Shown piece by piece: positions 21,142-31,546 of a stretch of DNA of 64,000 nt (within the stretch, counting starts at the first letter, position 1; the number at the start of each line of letters is the position of its first letter). The stretch is from Candidatus Poribacteria bacterium (GTDB lineage Bacteria; Poribacteria; WGA-4E; PCPOR2b), in assembly GCA_965218095.1 (NCBI GenBank), contig OZ244587.1:3456001-3520000 (forward strand), given 5' to 3'. Below the pieces are notes generated by a model, which was given only the letters and a program-made list of their open reading frames with translations, was not told the DNA's origin and searched no databases. A program made the position numbers and the translations under genes.

Positions 21142-22470
21142 ATGAAGACAATTACACCAGCAACTTTCATCATAGCTTACCTGACACTGATTTGTGGTTG
21201 CCAACAGGCATTCAAAAGTGCCTTCGTCGATGCGGGTGAAATTGACAAACAGCTTGTTAACTATGCACTGCCTGAGAACGGGGCTATGATTTTTGTTTCG
21301 CAAGATAATCCCAATCATCCCGCCTCAACCTTGACAGATGGGGTTACGAGTTCTGAAAACTGGGATTCAGGTGAAGGCTGGGAAGTGGACTTTGATGGCG
21401 CCTATGAATATGGGGGATACACGGAGGTTGGAGAAAGCGAGCGGCTGGCGGATTTCAGGTTTGGAGAACAAGCAACACGTCAGCGCGCCGATGGGAGTCA
21501 GAGCAATTACAAAAGCAGAGGCATTTCTGGTACCGGGTTCCGCGGCGCCACTTCTTCAGCAGTTGGATGGGTTGTTATTGAACTTCCAGAAGAAAAGCTG
21601 GTTACCCGCGTTATCGTCCACACCGTTGATTCGGAAAGGTATCCCGCGAGTAAGTATGGCATCAGCGATTTTGTTGTGCAATATTGGACGCCACAAGCGA
21701 AAGGATGGAATAATGTCAACCGGCTTGGGAAAAAAGTTGGAGAGCAGCACAATAGCATCCGCAACAACAAGCAAGGACGAGTTGTCGTGCGTTTTAAGCC
21801 GGTGCGGACTTCGAGGATTCGTCTGGTCATACGGTTGACAAACGACACCGAGATCTACAACAAAAGGCGTTCCTTTGGTTATGTACGTGGGATGTTCAGC
21901 CGCATCAACATCCACAACATGCAGGGAACAATCCGACTCACTGAGATCGAGATTTACGGGCTTGAGAAGAAGCATGAGGTTGCGTCAGTCACATCGAGCC
22001 AACCTGAAGCTGACGAACAATTTCTTGATGGGATCTTTGCAGAAACGCACCCCGAGCTCGCATCATCGCCGACTCTTGAAGAGACTCCACCTGCTATGGC
22101 GGTTGCGCCTGTCGATTCACGGACGCAAATCGAAAGCGTGATACGTGCTTATGAGTCCGCTTACAGGAATCAAGATCTTTCCGTGTTGATGGTAACCATA
22201 TCTCCCAACTATTCGAGAGATGGTGAAGATTACGAGCAATTCCGGGGAAAGATGGCAGGGCTATTCCAAAAATATATGCAGATTAATTTTTCGGTGCAAC
22301 GATTTCGGATTCAACCTGCAACCGGGACAGCAACAGTTGAGGCGGATTATGCCGTTGCCTTGACTTCGGCGGGAAGTTCACCCTCGACGCTTTCAGGCAA
22401 GCTGTTTTTTTCACTGATTGAATCGGAAAGCGGCTGGCAGATCACTCGTATTGATACACAAAGGCAATGA
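21142..22470 (+). CDS. lipoprotein with discoidin (F5/8 type C)-like and C-terminal SnoaL/NTF2-like domains
   Basis: lipobox ICGC; NYAL..GA, WVVIELP and IRLTEIEIYG; C-terminal AYESAY...WQI. Confidence 0.7.
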   Translation: MKTITPATFIIAYLTLICGCQQAFKSAFVDAGEIDKQLVNYALPENGAMIFVSQDNPNHPASTLTDGVTSSENWDSGEGWEVDFDGAYEYGGYTEVGESERLADFRFGEQATRQRADGSQSNYKSRGISGTGFRGATSSAVGWVVIELPEEKLVTRVIVHTVDSERYPASKYGISDFVVQYWTPQAKGWNNVNRLGKKVGEQHNSIRNNKQGRVVVRFKPVRTSRIRLVIRLTNDTEIYNKRRSFGYVRGMFSRINIHNMQGTIRLTEIEIYGLEKKHEVASVTSSQPEADEQFLDGIFAETHPELASSPTLEETPPAMAVAPVDSRTQIESVIRAYESAYRNQDLSVLMVTISPNYSRDGEDYEQFRGKMAGLFQKYMQINFSVQRFRIQPATGTATVEADYAVALTSAGSSPSTLSGKLFFSLIESESGWQITRIDTQRQ

Positions 22471-22471
22471 C

Positions 22472-23383
22472 ATGGATCCTATACATCTTCACTTCACACT
22501 TTGTGCTTCACAGCTCCGAAACGCAGTCTTGCTTCGCGGACCTGCCCCGATGCTTCGGAGTTTTACGTTTCATGTCTTGCCAATTGTGCTCTGTTCTCTC
22601 GTTGCGCTCAATGGATGTAGCAGCCCGGCTGCCAATTTTCAGTTGTCCCCCGCTGACGCCGAAAAGTTGAATCCAATTCTCGCAGAGCTCCAATTGAGTT
22701 ATGATCTCATTTCGACCTTAAAAATACTGCAAATGATTGTGACCATTGAGGAACAGGGCAAAAAGGAGGAAGTCCGTGAATCCCTTTGGTACAAAAAATC
22801 GGAGACCGATGGCGATCTCTTGCACATTCAGGCATTAGGACCTCTCAATGAGACGCGAGTTGTTTCCATTGCCGCACGAAGGCAGTTTCTGCTCTACCTC
22901 GTCAATGAGCAAGAAGTGATCTTTGAACCATTGGAGGATGGGGTGTTACAAGAGATTTTTGGAATAGACTTGCGGGTTTCCGATGTTCGCATCGCGATTT
23001 TCGCTAATCCCTTCCTTGATAGGCGTACACACGAATTGTCCCTGGAACACTCCAGCGCAAAGTATGTCGTGACGCGGCCTGGCATCAAAAAGGGACAGAT
23101 CGAACAGATCACAATCTTCGTGCGTGATTCTGAACCACAGGTCAGCGATTGGAAGGTCCGTGAAAAGAATGGGGCAATCATTCAACAGGTAAAGTTCTCA
23201 GATTATCGAGAAGTCGGCGGCATTTCGCGGGCGCATAAAATTGAGATTGAGCGGCCCATTGAAGAGACGCGAGTTGTATTGAAAATTGTAAAACCGGAAA
23301 TCAATGGCGATATCAGCGATAAAAAGTTCGAGTTCGAGCCATTTTTAACGGAAGCTACAAAGCGCCGATCTTTGAGGAAGTAG
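22472..23383 (+). CDS. LolA/LolB-like (DUF4292-like) lipoprotein
   Basis: lipobox LNGC, FSDYREVGG motif, position upstream of ispE where lolB usually lies. Confidence 0.55.
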   Translation: MDPIHLHFTLCASQLRNAVLLRGPAPMLRSFTFHVLPIVLCSLVALNGCSSPAANFQLSPADAEKLNPILAELQLSYDLISTLKILQMIVTIEEQGKKEEVRESLWYKKSETDGDLLHIQALGPLNETRVVSIAARRQFLLYLVNEQEVIFEPLEDGVLQEIFGIDLRVSDVRIAIFANPFLDRRTHELSLEHSSAKYVVTRPGIKKGQIEQITIFVRDSEPQVSDWKVREKNGAIIQQVKFSDYREVGGISRAHKIEIERPIEETRVVLKIVKPEINGDISDKKFEFEPFLTEATKRRSLRK

Positions 23384-23384
23384 C

Positions 23385-24269
23385 ATGGGAAAGTTCGACC
23401 TGCGCGTACACGCATACGCGAAGATTAACCTGTATCTTGATGTTATCAGGAAGCGCCCTGATGGGTATCACGAGATCGAAACGATCTTTCATTCAATCGG
23501 GCTGCATGACGACGTTATCCTCCGCCGGCGGGCCGATCGACAAATCAAGGTGCACTGTGGTCACCCGCAAGTGGCATGTGATGAGCGCAACCTCGCCTAT
23601 CGTGCTGCAAAGTTGCTGCTTGACAACATGCCCGAGTTGACTGGGGTTGAGATTACGATTCTGAAACGGATACCGGTTGCAGCGGGACTTGGTGGTGGCA
23701 GTGCAGATGCAGCAGCGGTGCTTTGTGGAATGAACGTGCTTTTCGAGTTAGGTCTGACGCAGGCGGATCTGATGCGCCTGGGTGCGCAACTTGGTGCAGA
23801 TGTACCGTTCTGTATTTTGGGGGGCGCTGCTTTGGGGCGCGGCATCGGTGAAATTTTGACGCCTGCGCCCCCACTGGAGGAAGTATGGCTTTTGCTTGCA
23901 AACCCCGGTCTTGAAATCTCCACAGCCTGGGTCTACCAGCAGATCAATTTATCGTTGACTGCGCCAAAAAAAAATGTTACAATTTTGGTTCGCTGCTTGC
24001 AGAATGGTGAGTTTTCCAGCCTTGCGTCCCATTTCTATAACGGCTTAGAAGTACCTGTTTTCTCTAAGTACCCTGTTGTCGCTGAACTCAAAACGAAGCT
24101 CGCCAGATGCCCTGGCAGTGGTGGGACGCTCATGTCAGGTAGTGGCGCAACGGTGTTTGCATTCATGCGAAGCCAAGCTCAAGCGAACCTCGCTGTCTCG
24201 AACTTCAAGAGCGATTTCGCTTTCTGCATTGCAACGCCCACCAGCAACGTAGGATTGCGTATTTCTTAA
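23385..24269 (+). CDS. ispE: 4-diphosphocytidyl-2-C-methyl-D-erythritol kinase
   Basis: AKINLYL, IPVAAGLGGGSADAA, LGADVPF and MSGSG motifs. Confidence 0.96.
   Translation: MGKFDLRVHAYAKINLYLDVIRKRPDGYHEIETIFHSIGLHDDVILRRRADRQIKVHCGHPQVACDERNLAYRAAKLLLDNMPELTGVEITILKRIPVAAGLGGGSADAAAVLCGMNVLFELGLTQADLMRLGAQLGADVPFCILGGAALGRGIGEILTPAPPLEEVWLLLANPGLEISTAWVYQQINLSLTAPKKNVTILVRCLQNGEFSSLASHFYNGLEVPVFSKYPVVAELKTKLARCPGSGGTLMSGSGATVFAFMRSQAQANLAVSNFKSDFAFCIATPTSNVGLRIS
23955..23983 (+). promoter_or_regulatory. sigma70 promoter internal to ispE (for tRNA-Gln/rplY)
   Basis: TTGACT-17 nt-TACAAT with extended TG. Confidence 0.5.
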
Positions 24270-24341
24270 TGGGCGGTCGCCAAGCGGTAAGGCACGGGTC
24301 TTTGGCACCCGCATGCGTAGGTTCGAGTCCTACCCGCCCAG
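24270..24341 (+). tRNA. tRNA-Gln(TTG)
   Basis: cloverleaf TGGGCGG/CCGCCCA, anticodon loop CTTTGGC, GTTCGAG T-loop; CCA not encoded. Confidence 0.95.
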
Positions 24342-24351
24342 TATTTTGTAC

Positions 24352-24390
24352 AAGCCGTAGCTATTATCATAGCTGCGGCTTTCTTTTGTT
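24352..24390 (+). terminator. Rho-independent terminator after tRNA-Gln
   Basis: AAGCCGTAGCTA / TAGCTGCGGCTT stem with T-rich tail. Confidence 0.65.
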
Positions 24391-24423
24391 CGGGAAAAAT
24401 CGTAAACTTTCAGGAGAATTATC

Positions 24424-25083
24424 ATGCAACTACTTAGATTTGAAGCCCAGAAACGGGAGGTTGCTGGCAAAGGGGCAGCGCGCTCCCTTCGCCGTGCAGG
24501 TCACATCCCCGCGGTCCTATATGGTCGCAAAGGCGAGGTTATCTCTCTCCGGATCGATGGCCGAGGATTTCAGCACTTCCTGCGATCACACGGGGAGAAT
24601 GCTTTTATTGATTTAGAAGTTGTTGATCACGGTGTCGAAACTGTTATGGTTAAAGAAATTCAGAGAGATCCGGCAAGCCATCAACTACTCCATACGGATT
24701 TCATGCGGATCTCGATGAAGGAGCCGATTACTTCACTAGTACCTATTGTCCTGGTCGGATCTGCTGCTGGTGTCCAAGAGGGAGGCGTCCTTGAATTCCC
24801 GTACCGACAATTAATGATACATTGCCTCCCAACGCTTTTACCCGAAGACATCGAGATTGATATCAGCCAGTTGGAGATTAATGACAGTATTTATGTCAGC
24901 GATCTCTCTCTTGCTGAAGACATGGAAGTGATCAGCGATCCTCACACAAGGATCGTCGCCATTAGCCCACCGAAGGTTGAAACGGAGGCGGTGGAAGCCG
25001 AGGAAGAAATCGAGGAAGAAGCCGAAACAACCGCTGATGAAGGACCAGAGGTTATCTCTCGGAAAGGTGATGATGAGGAATAA
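24424..25083 (+). CDS. rplY: 50S ribosomal protein L25 (Ctc form)
   Basis: LRRAGHIPAVLYG, KEIQRDP, HTDF, acidic tail. Confidence 0.96.
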   Translation: MQLLRFEAQKREVAGKGAARSLRRAGHIPAVLYGRKGEVISLRIDGRGFQHFLRSHGENAFIDLEVVDHGVETVMVKEIQRDPASHQLLHTDFMRISMKEPITSLVPIVLVGSAAGVQEGGVLEFPYRQLMIHCLPTLLPEDIEIDISQLEINDSIYVSDLSLAEDMEVISDPHTRIVAISPPKVETEAVEAEEEIEEEAETTADEGPEVISRKGDDEE

Positions 25084-26237
25084 TGGCGCGACAATCGCTT
25101 CTACTTATTGTGATGTTGTTAGCGGGCTATAGAATGTTCAGTTTTGCGCAGTCATCGTCGATCCGCTTCATTGACGAGGGGGGCAAAGCCCTTGCCCAGG
25201 CGGAAGTTGTTGTGCAGAGCGGAGGTCTGTATCTCACAATTGACGCCTTGCGAGGTGCATTCGACCCGGACCTGAAGCAACAGTATAGCGCTCTGACAAA
25301 GCGGCTGACTTTAAATCTTAAAGGGAAGCAGATTCGTCTTCGGATTGATAGGCTTTCCGTGACGATCGATCCGGACGAGGGGCGGCTATCGCTGTCTCGT
25401 CCCCCGCTTACCATTGAGGGACAACGAATGCTCCCGCTCGAATTTTTTACTGAACTCATCCCCCAGGTCTACGATTTTGAGGTGTTTTATAACCCCGCGT
25501 TACAAACGATACACATTAAAGAAAAAACGGCGCCACTTCCCAGCTTTCCTTCCCTTTCGTCTCCGGCGCAACAGGCAGAATTTCTGGTCATTGTTGATCC
25601 GGGACACGGCGGCACCGATACGGGTTGCCGAGGAAGTACAGGGGTTCTCGAAAAAGATATCGTCCTCGATCTTGCAAAACAGATTGCGGAGGTTTCTCGC
25701 CAGAATCAGATTCGTGTCCTGTTGACGCGGGATGCAGACCTCGATCGAAGACCGACAGAACGAATCGATATTGCGAATCGGAATCAGGGGAAGCTCTTTC
25801 TGAGCCTGCACTGTAATGCTTCTTTTTCGATGCAGGCTGAAGGCATCCACCTTTACGTCAACAATCCCCGGGGCGAACTGCAATCAGGAGGCCCATTGAT
25901 GGACTCTGACGAAACATCGCAGAATAACACAATTATCCAGGCACTCTCCCAGGAAGATTTCCTGATGCAGAGCCGCCAGTTTGCCGCCATTCTCCAAAAG
26001 GAATTAGCGTTGCTCTCGCCTTCACTGATTCTTTTTACTGAAGTCCCTTTGGCAACATTGTCAGGCGTCTACATGCCGGCGGTTGTCGTTGAGATTGGCT
26101 ATTTATCCAACGAGACCGACGAAACGCGTCTCACAGACGCTGACAACGTTGCCTCTATGGCGGCGGCAATATTGCAGGCAATCCAGATATATATTACAGA
26201 ATCACATCAGGTCGGCGAAGCTGTAAACGGTGAATGA
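25083..26237 (+). CDS. N-acetylmuramoyl-L-alanine amidase
   Basis: VDPGHGG, EKDIVL, LSLHCNA and VEIGYLSN Amidase_3 motifs; signal peptide. Confidence 0.92.
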   Translation: MARQSLLLIVMLLAGYRMFSFAQSSSIRFIDEGGKALAQAEVVVQSGGLYLTIDALRGAFDPDLKQQYSALTKRLTLNLKGKQIRLRIDRLSVTIDPDEGRLSLSRPPLTIEGQRMLPLEFFTELIPQVYDFEVFYNPALQTIHIKEKTAPLPSFPSLSSPAQQAEFLVIVDPGHGGTDTGCRGSTGVLEKDIVLDLAKQIAEVSRQNQIRVLLTRDADLDRRPTERIDIANRNQGKLFLSLHCNASFSMQAEGIHLYVNNPRGELQSGGPLMDSDETSQNNTIIQALSQEDFLMQSRQFAAILQKELALLSPSLILFTEVPLATLSGVYMPAVVVEIGYLSNETDETRLTDADNVASMAAAILQAIQIYITESHQVGEAVNGE

Positions 26238-26859
26238 TGCAATGGGCGACGATGCAAAATCTAAGCGGATTTGGCGAATTGCTATCTCAGGTGCCGCCAT
26301 CATAATCGTTGTTTTTGTTTCAGCGATATTAATATCACGTTGTTCTAAACATCCCGATCGAATGCCTCCGCTCCTCCCTTCTTCTGTTGTCACACCTATC
26401 GACACCCCACTCGTGCTCCAGAAATGTACGCTTTTTTTCTTTGATATGGATGTGCTCGCGCTTGTTGGTGAAGAAAGAGAGTTGCGCGTATCCCAAGATA
26501 TTACCGAACGCCTTAAACAGATTATCTCTGAACTTTTCAGTAACTCTACCAGCGGCTTACACAAAACCATCCCTAATGGTACATTTCTTTATGAAGTGTA
26601 TATTGATGACCAATCAATCGCGTATTTGGACTTCTCACACCATCTCAAAGATGGACATATCGGTGGTACAACTGCCGAAATCCTTACCGTGAAAACCATC
26701 CTGCGAACTCTTCAGGCGAATTTTCCTGATCAGATCAAAAAGGTGCAGATCCTCATCGAAGGGCTCGAAGCGGATACGATTGCAGGACACGTCGATATTT
26801 CAAAACCGTTAGCCCTTCCACCTGAAGTCGTGAGTGAGGTAGTGGAGGAGCCGGAATGA
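26230..26859 (+). CDS. GerMN domain protein
   Basis: N-terminal TM helix; AYLDFS, VQILIEG..TIAGHVDIS; follows an amidase as is typical. Confidence 0.85.
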   Translation: MNDAMGDDAKSKRIWRIAISGAAIIIVVFVSAILISRCSKHPDRMPPLLPSSVVTPIDTPLVLQKCTLFFFDMDVLALVGEERELRVSQDITERLKQIISELFSNSTSGLHKTIPNGTFLYEVYIDDQSIAYLDFSHHLKDGHIGGTTAEILTVKTILRTLQANFPDQIKKVQILIEGLEADTIAGHVDISKPLALPPEVVSEVVEEPE

Positions 26860-27031
26860 TCAAAAGAGGCAAGAAAGGAGGGATCAAAGGCACAGGACAC
26901 GAGCAAAAGCGGGAATGGGTCAATAAGTTCATGAGTTCAGTGGTTCATTGATTACACATTACGTTTTATGCATTACGCATTACGCATCACGTTTCACGCA
27001 ACATGGAATATGTTAAGTGCAGGTACTAACA

Positions 27032-27622
27032 ATGTCTAAGCCAGTAAAATTAATTGTTGGGCTTGGAAATCCTGGCCCACGCTATGAAAACACCAGGCAC
27101 AACCTCGGATTTTGGGTCGTCAATCAACTTCTCCTGAGATTGCGCTTAGATCGCCTGGAGCACTCGTGCCGGTCGCTTATCGCTCGGACGGAATTGCACG
27201 GCTTGGAAACGATCTTTGCCAAACCGATGACCTACATGAACAACAGCGGGCAAGCTGTCAGCCAGCTCGTTCAACGCTTTGACATCACCCTGGGTGATTT
27301 ATGCGTGGTCTGTGATGACCTGAACCTGGACATCGGTGTACTCCGCGTGCGGCAGGCGGGGAGTAACGGTGGGCATAACGGAATGAGTTCGATTATCCTC
27401 CATCTCGGTACACAGGATTTTCCACGTTTGCGCGTAGGAATTGGGAAAGCGGAGGGTGACTGGATGGATTACGTCCTTAGCGAATTTTCCACCGCCGATC
27501 GGGAGGAAATCGATTGGGTAGTTCAATTCGCCGCTGACGCGGTTGAGACATTCGTGACAGATGGCGTCCAGGCGGCTATGAACCGGTTTAATGGACGGGT
27601 CGAACCGAGGCGTGATTCCTGA
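27032..27622 (+). CDS. pth: peptidyl-tRNA hydrolase
   Basis: LIVGLGNPG..Y..TRHNLG, KPMTYMNNSG, GGHNG. Confidence 0.96.
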   Translation: MSKPVKLIVGLGNPGPRYENTRHNLGFWVVNQLLLRLRLDRLEHSCRSLIARTELHGLETIFAKPMTYMNNSGQAVSQLVQRFDITLGDLCVVCDDLNLDIGVLRVRQAGSNGGHNGMSSIILHLGTQDFPRLRVGIGKAEGDWMDYVLSEFSTADREEIDWVVQFAADAVETFVTDGVQAAMNRFNGRVEPRRDS

Positions 27623-27649
27623 ACGTAACAAACGAATGTAAGCGTGGAA

Positions 27650-28276
27650 CTAAGGGTTGTCGTGCATCTGTGAAATCGAAGATCGAAGAATACCAGTAAT
27701 TTCGGATAAAACCTCTAAAGGCATGCCTGTCGCATCAACCTTTTTGATCAGGTGTGGCGAGTAATGGGATAAGGTTGGGGCAGTTTGGGCTTCATATTCC
27801 TCAAAACGCCGCCTGATGACCTCTTCATTAGCATCATCAAGCCGATTTTCATGCAGCGCCCGTTGCTTCATACGCCGAACTAGCACCTCGGTGTCCTGGC
27901 ATTGTAGATAGATGATCTGAAGGACATTGATATAATCCTCCATCGCCTGCGCCTGTGGCAGGTTGCGTGGAATACCATCCGAAACTAGATAATCTGTCTC
28001 CGGGTGAAACTGCTCGCCTTGTATCAGCTTATCAATATGGTCATACCATAATTGAATCGCCAGATCGTCAGGAACAAACTTGCCTTTGCTGGAATATGCT
28101 AGGAAGATCCTCCCGAGCTTGCTATTGGGGACGAGTCTGCGAAATACCTCTCCACAAGCGATATGCACAAACCCTGGAATCTGGTTGAGAATTTTGCCCT
28201 GAGTTCCTTTTCCCGTGCCCGGGGCACCAAAGATTAAAAATGTTCGATACCTGGTTGCGGGCTGCATCAATTCCAA
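27650..28276 (-). CDS. adk: adenylate kinase family protein (short LID)
   Basis: GAPGTGKGTQ, DGIPR, RLDD motifs. Confidence 0.8.
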   Translation of the reverse strand: MELMQPATRYRTFLIFGAPGTGKGTQGKILNQIPGFVHIACGEVFRRLVPNSKLGRIFLAYSSKGKFVPDDLAIQLWYDHIDKLIQGEQFHPETDYLVSDGIPRNLPQAQAMEDYINVLQIIYLQCQDTEVLVRRMKQRALHENRLDDANEEVIRRRFEEYEAQTAPTLSHYSPHLIKKVDATGMPLEVLSEITGILRSSISQMHDNP

Positions 28277-28300
28277 CTCCCTTTCCTTCGCTTTGGCTGA

Positions 28301-29292
28301 TCAATCGATTGATTCCACCCATTTGTTCGGCGCCATATCGATTTCGTATTCAGCAAAGACGCGATTAATTTCGGCCTTCACATCATCTGTCAGCTTCCAG
28401 CCAACAGCACCCATGTTGTCTTCAACTTCGGAAACGTGCCTTGCCCCGACGAGCGAGATGCTGACCGCCGGCTGGGAAAAAACCCAATTGAGTGCAAGAT
28501 GGGGAAGCTTTTTGCCGAGCCGTTCTGCAATCGTCTTGAGTTCATTAACCGCCTGAACGTTACGTTTGAAAACCTCTGGCATAAATAACTTCAGCGACAT
28601 ATTGGTGCCACCTTTGCGCCGCCAATCATCTTCCTCAAAGGTCGTTTCCTCTGTAAACGCTCCCGACAGCAAGCCGAAGGCAAGCGAACCATACGTCATG
28701 ACACCAATCCGTTGCTCCTGGCCATAAGGGAAGATCCATTTCGCCATGCGTCGATCAAAAAGATGGCAGCCGTACTGTAAAACATCGACACGCCGTGTTT
28801 CCATGCACGTCTTGATTTCGTCTAGCGTGAAATTGGATAGGCCGACATATCGACCTTTCCCTGCTGCACAATCTCCTCCAGCGCCCGTATTGTCTCATCA
28901 AACGGCGTTGCGCGATCGGGCCAATGAACCAGATACACATCGACATAATCGGTGTTAAGCGCTTTCAAGTTGCGATCGATGGTGGCATACACCATTGAGC
29001 GGCGGCTATCCCTCTCCTTCGGGCGATCGTTTTTGTAGTGTATGCCAAATTTCGTGACGACGATGACATCTTTACGTCGGTTTCCCAACGCTTTCGCTAA
29101 CAGTCTCTCAGACCTACCCATCCCATAGGCTTCAGCGGTATCAAAGCAGTTGATTCCGAGCTCGATGGCGCGATGGATCGCCGCAATCACCTCTGATTCC
29201 TCGATTGCACCGTAACCGCTACCCATCTCCCAGCAGCCAAACCCAATCGCTGAAACCTGCAGCCCTGTCTGCCCAAATGGTCGATATTCCAC
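28301..29292 (-). pseudogene. aldo/keto reductase split by a 1-nt frameshift near 28852
   Basis: FDTAEAYG and YLVHWPD; GKV(R)YVGLSNF is restored by changing frame and then joins ORF 28301-28804. Confidence 0.85.
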
Positions 29293-29541
29293 GATTTACC
29301 TCCAGTTTTTAACCTTTCTGAACTTCGGGAGCGCCTGACCGTAAATCCATTTCCGACCTCATCATTGTATTATGTTCTGCCGCAATTGTCAAGGATAGAA
29401 AGACTTAGAAAGTGTAGATCTGGTTTGTGCTTCAAAGTTGATGTTGCGCAGGGTATCGAGAAGGATCCTGAATATCGGAAAAAGAAAAGCCCCGCACTCA
29501 ATGTTGAGATGCAGGGCCTTTCTTTATAGTTTAGGCAATCT

Positions 29542-29967
29542 CTATTGCTGTCCCTCAAGTATCTCCTCAATGTAACGGTTTACCACCGCTATCATGATGT
29601 CTAAGGATACGCCATTCTCTCTCGCTTTGTTGAACAAATACTCAGTGTCGAGTCTTAGTATAACAAGGTTGGCATCAAAATCTGGCTCGGCTTGGTATAT
29701 CCCTTCAATCTTGTCTGTCAGTTCGGTGTCCAGAAGATTTCTGCCTTCTTCAGTCAACACTTTCTTACCAGCCGTGGGCGCCAAATAACGAGGTATGGAA
29801 TTAACAACTACACTCTGGATTCGTCTCAAGTAGGACGGCCACACCGGATCGTCCAGATTGACTAACACCCTGGTATTTTCCGCGGTCTCCAACAAGTTCT
29901 TAAGAGTAAGATTTATCTGTTCATCACGACTCTCTAAACGTTCGAGCGTTGTCGAAGCATTAATCAA
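29542..29967 (-). CDS. hypothetical protein (possibly 5'-truncated)
   Basis: 141-aa ORF, lower GC, no recognised motif. Confidence 0.45.
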   Translation of the reverse strand: MINASTTLERLESRDEQINLTLKNLLETAENTRVLVNLDDPVWPSYLRRIQSVVVNSIPRYLAPTAGKKVLTEEGRNLLDTELTDKIEGIYQAEPDFDANLVILRLDTEYLFNKARENGVSLDIMIAVVNRYIEEILEGQQ

Positions 29968-30133
29968 ACTGACAAACCCTATAATGAGAGAAATTGTTTC
30001 TTACCCCACATTTTTTACACTTTGCACACCGGACAGACATATTACACTTTTGCTTTTAGCTTGTCAAGAACTTTTCCAAAATCTGACACATGATTGTGCA
30101 AGACGTATTTTCGACCACTACAATTTTTCAAAG

Positions 30134-30967
30134 TCACAATATAAACCGAACTTCCAAAAGCAGCAGCCGCCCACAAAACTCGCCTATAAACACCGTCAAC
30201 ATGGCAATATAGAGAAATCCTGTCGCGGCGCGTGTTGCACCGACGACATCCCTCCGGGTTGACTTATCGCGCAGGCAGTCCCAAATAATAATGTACATCA
30301 CAACCGATCCGCCAAACCCAAGGAGAATCCGCAGCGAGAACGCGAGTTGATGGAAAAAGTTCAAGGGATTCGCATCGGCTGCTTGCCATCGAAGAAACAC
30401 ATTCAGTACGAAAAACGAGATCGACAAAACCAGCGAAACCAGAAAAATTTGATTGAATCTCTTGAGGTGGATGATAGGCAGGCGTGGAGTCACAAGATAC
30501 CAGTGACCGAACCACATGCCGCTGTTCACCGCACCCAATAAAACAGCAGAAACGAGGAATTGCGCGGGTAACAAAAAGCCTTCCGCAGGAAGGTCAATCA
30601 ACGCTAGGTAGGATCTCGCGCTGTACACGATCCAAACGAAGCCATAGACTGAACCCACAATTAGGAGGGTACGGTTAATGATAGGCGGTTTCAGCCACAA
30701 ACTCACCGTGTAGAAAAGGAGAAGTAAAAAGAAAACGAGAGCGAAAACAGAATCTTGCCCCTGCCATGCGGAGAAAAAACTCCCGACATTGACTGTATGG
30801 TGGTTGATTGCCAAGTTGGCGCAGCGTGCTAACGCGACGATAAGCAGGTAGATTGCCCCCATGAGCCTGTAAAACCCGCGTCCTACCAAGCTCGTGGGTA
30901 TGATGAGCAGCAGCGCAAGACCGCCGACCGCTAATTGGCTGAAAACGAGATAAAAGATGAGAACCAT
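30134..30967 (-). CDS. multi-pass membrane protein (DmsC/NrfD-like character)
   Basis: about 8 TM helices, GMWFGHWYLV motif. Confidence 0.7.
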   Translation of the reverse strand: MVLIFYLVFSQLAVGGLALLLIIPTSLVGRGFYRLMGAIYLLIVALARCANLAINHHTVNVGSFFSAWQGQDSVFALVFFLLLLFYTVSLWLKPPIINRTLLIVGSVYGFVWIVYSARSYLALIDLPAEGFLLPAQFLVSAVLLGAVNSGMWFGHWYLVTPRLPIIHLKRFNQIFLVSLVLSISFFVLNVFLRWQAADANPLNFFHQLAFSLRILLGFGGSVVMYIIIWDCLRDKSTRRDVVGATRAATGFLYIAMLTVFIGEFCGRLLLLEVRFIL

Positions 30968-30989
30968 ACGAGTTAAGACGCTCCGTACC

Positions 30990-31031
30990 AAAAGAAAAAC
31001 CCATCACAGTCGAGAGACTGCAATGGGTTTT
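30990..31031 (-). terminator. terminator after rplL
   Basis: AAAACCCAT..CAGTC / GACTG..ATGGGTTTT hairpin with T tract. Confidence 0.75.
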
Positions 31032-31055
31032 GCGTTTATCTGGAGAAGTTTGAGG

Positions 31056-31463
31056 TTAGAGAATCTCTACAACAGCATTAACGGCTTCCAACTGTTCCTT
31101 AATCTTCTCAGCTTCCTCTTTGGTGATACCTTCCTTGATAACATTTGGAGTAGCTTCCACAGCCTCTTTAGCTTCTTTAAGTCCGAGTCCAGTGACTGCG
31201 CGCACCTCTTTAATCACGGGAATTTTATTGGGTCCAATTTCCTTCAGTTGGACATCAAACTCAGTCTGCTCCTCTTCTTCAGGCGCAGCTTCCTCAGCGG
31301 TGCCTTCTGCTGTTGCTCCTAGCATCATACCGGGACCAGGCATCACCATTGGTGCAGCAGCGGCGCTCACACCAAACTTATCTTCAAGCGCTTTCACCAA
31401 CTCAGAAAGCTCTAAAACTGTCATACCACTGATCTCATCAATCAGCTTTTCAACATCAGTCAT
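31056..31463 (-). CDS. rplL: 50S ribosomal protein L7/L12
   Basis: [32 protein letters not shown]. Confidence 0.98.
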   Translation of the reverse strand: MTDVEKLIDEISGMTVLELSELVKALEDKFGVSAAAAPMVMPGPGMMLGATAEGTAEEAAPEEEEQTEFDVQLKEIGPNKIPVIKEVRAVTGLGLKEAKEAVEATPNVIKEGITKEEAEKIKEQLEAVNAVVEIL

Positions 31464-31546
31464 TGTTCTATTCCTTTCTTATCTTAAGAAAAATAAGTCT
31501 ATCAGCATTCAGCTTTCAGCCGATTACTGACAACTTTGCTTAAAAG

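Noticed and set aside
24269-24616. ORF-track ORFs overlapping tRNA genes (also 34587-34853, 35066-35299, 35187-35495)
   Set aside because: They are shadows of tRNA and ribosomal-protein genes.
28301-29292. Programmed frameshift in the aldo/keto reductase
   Set aside because: No slippery sequence at the break; a single-base deletion (decay or sequencing error) explains it.
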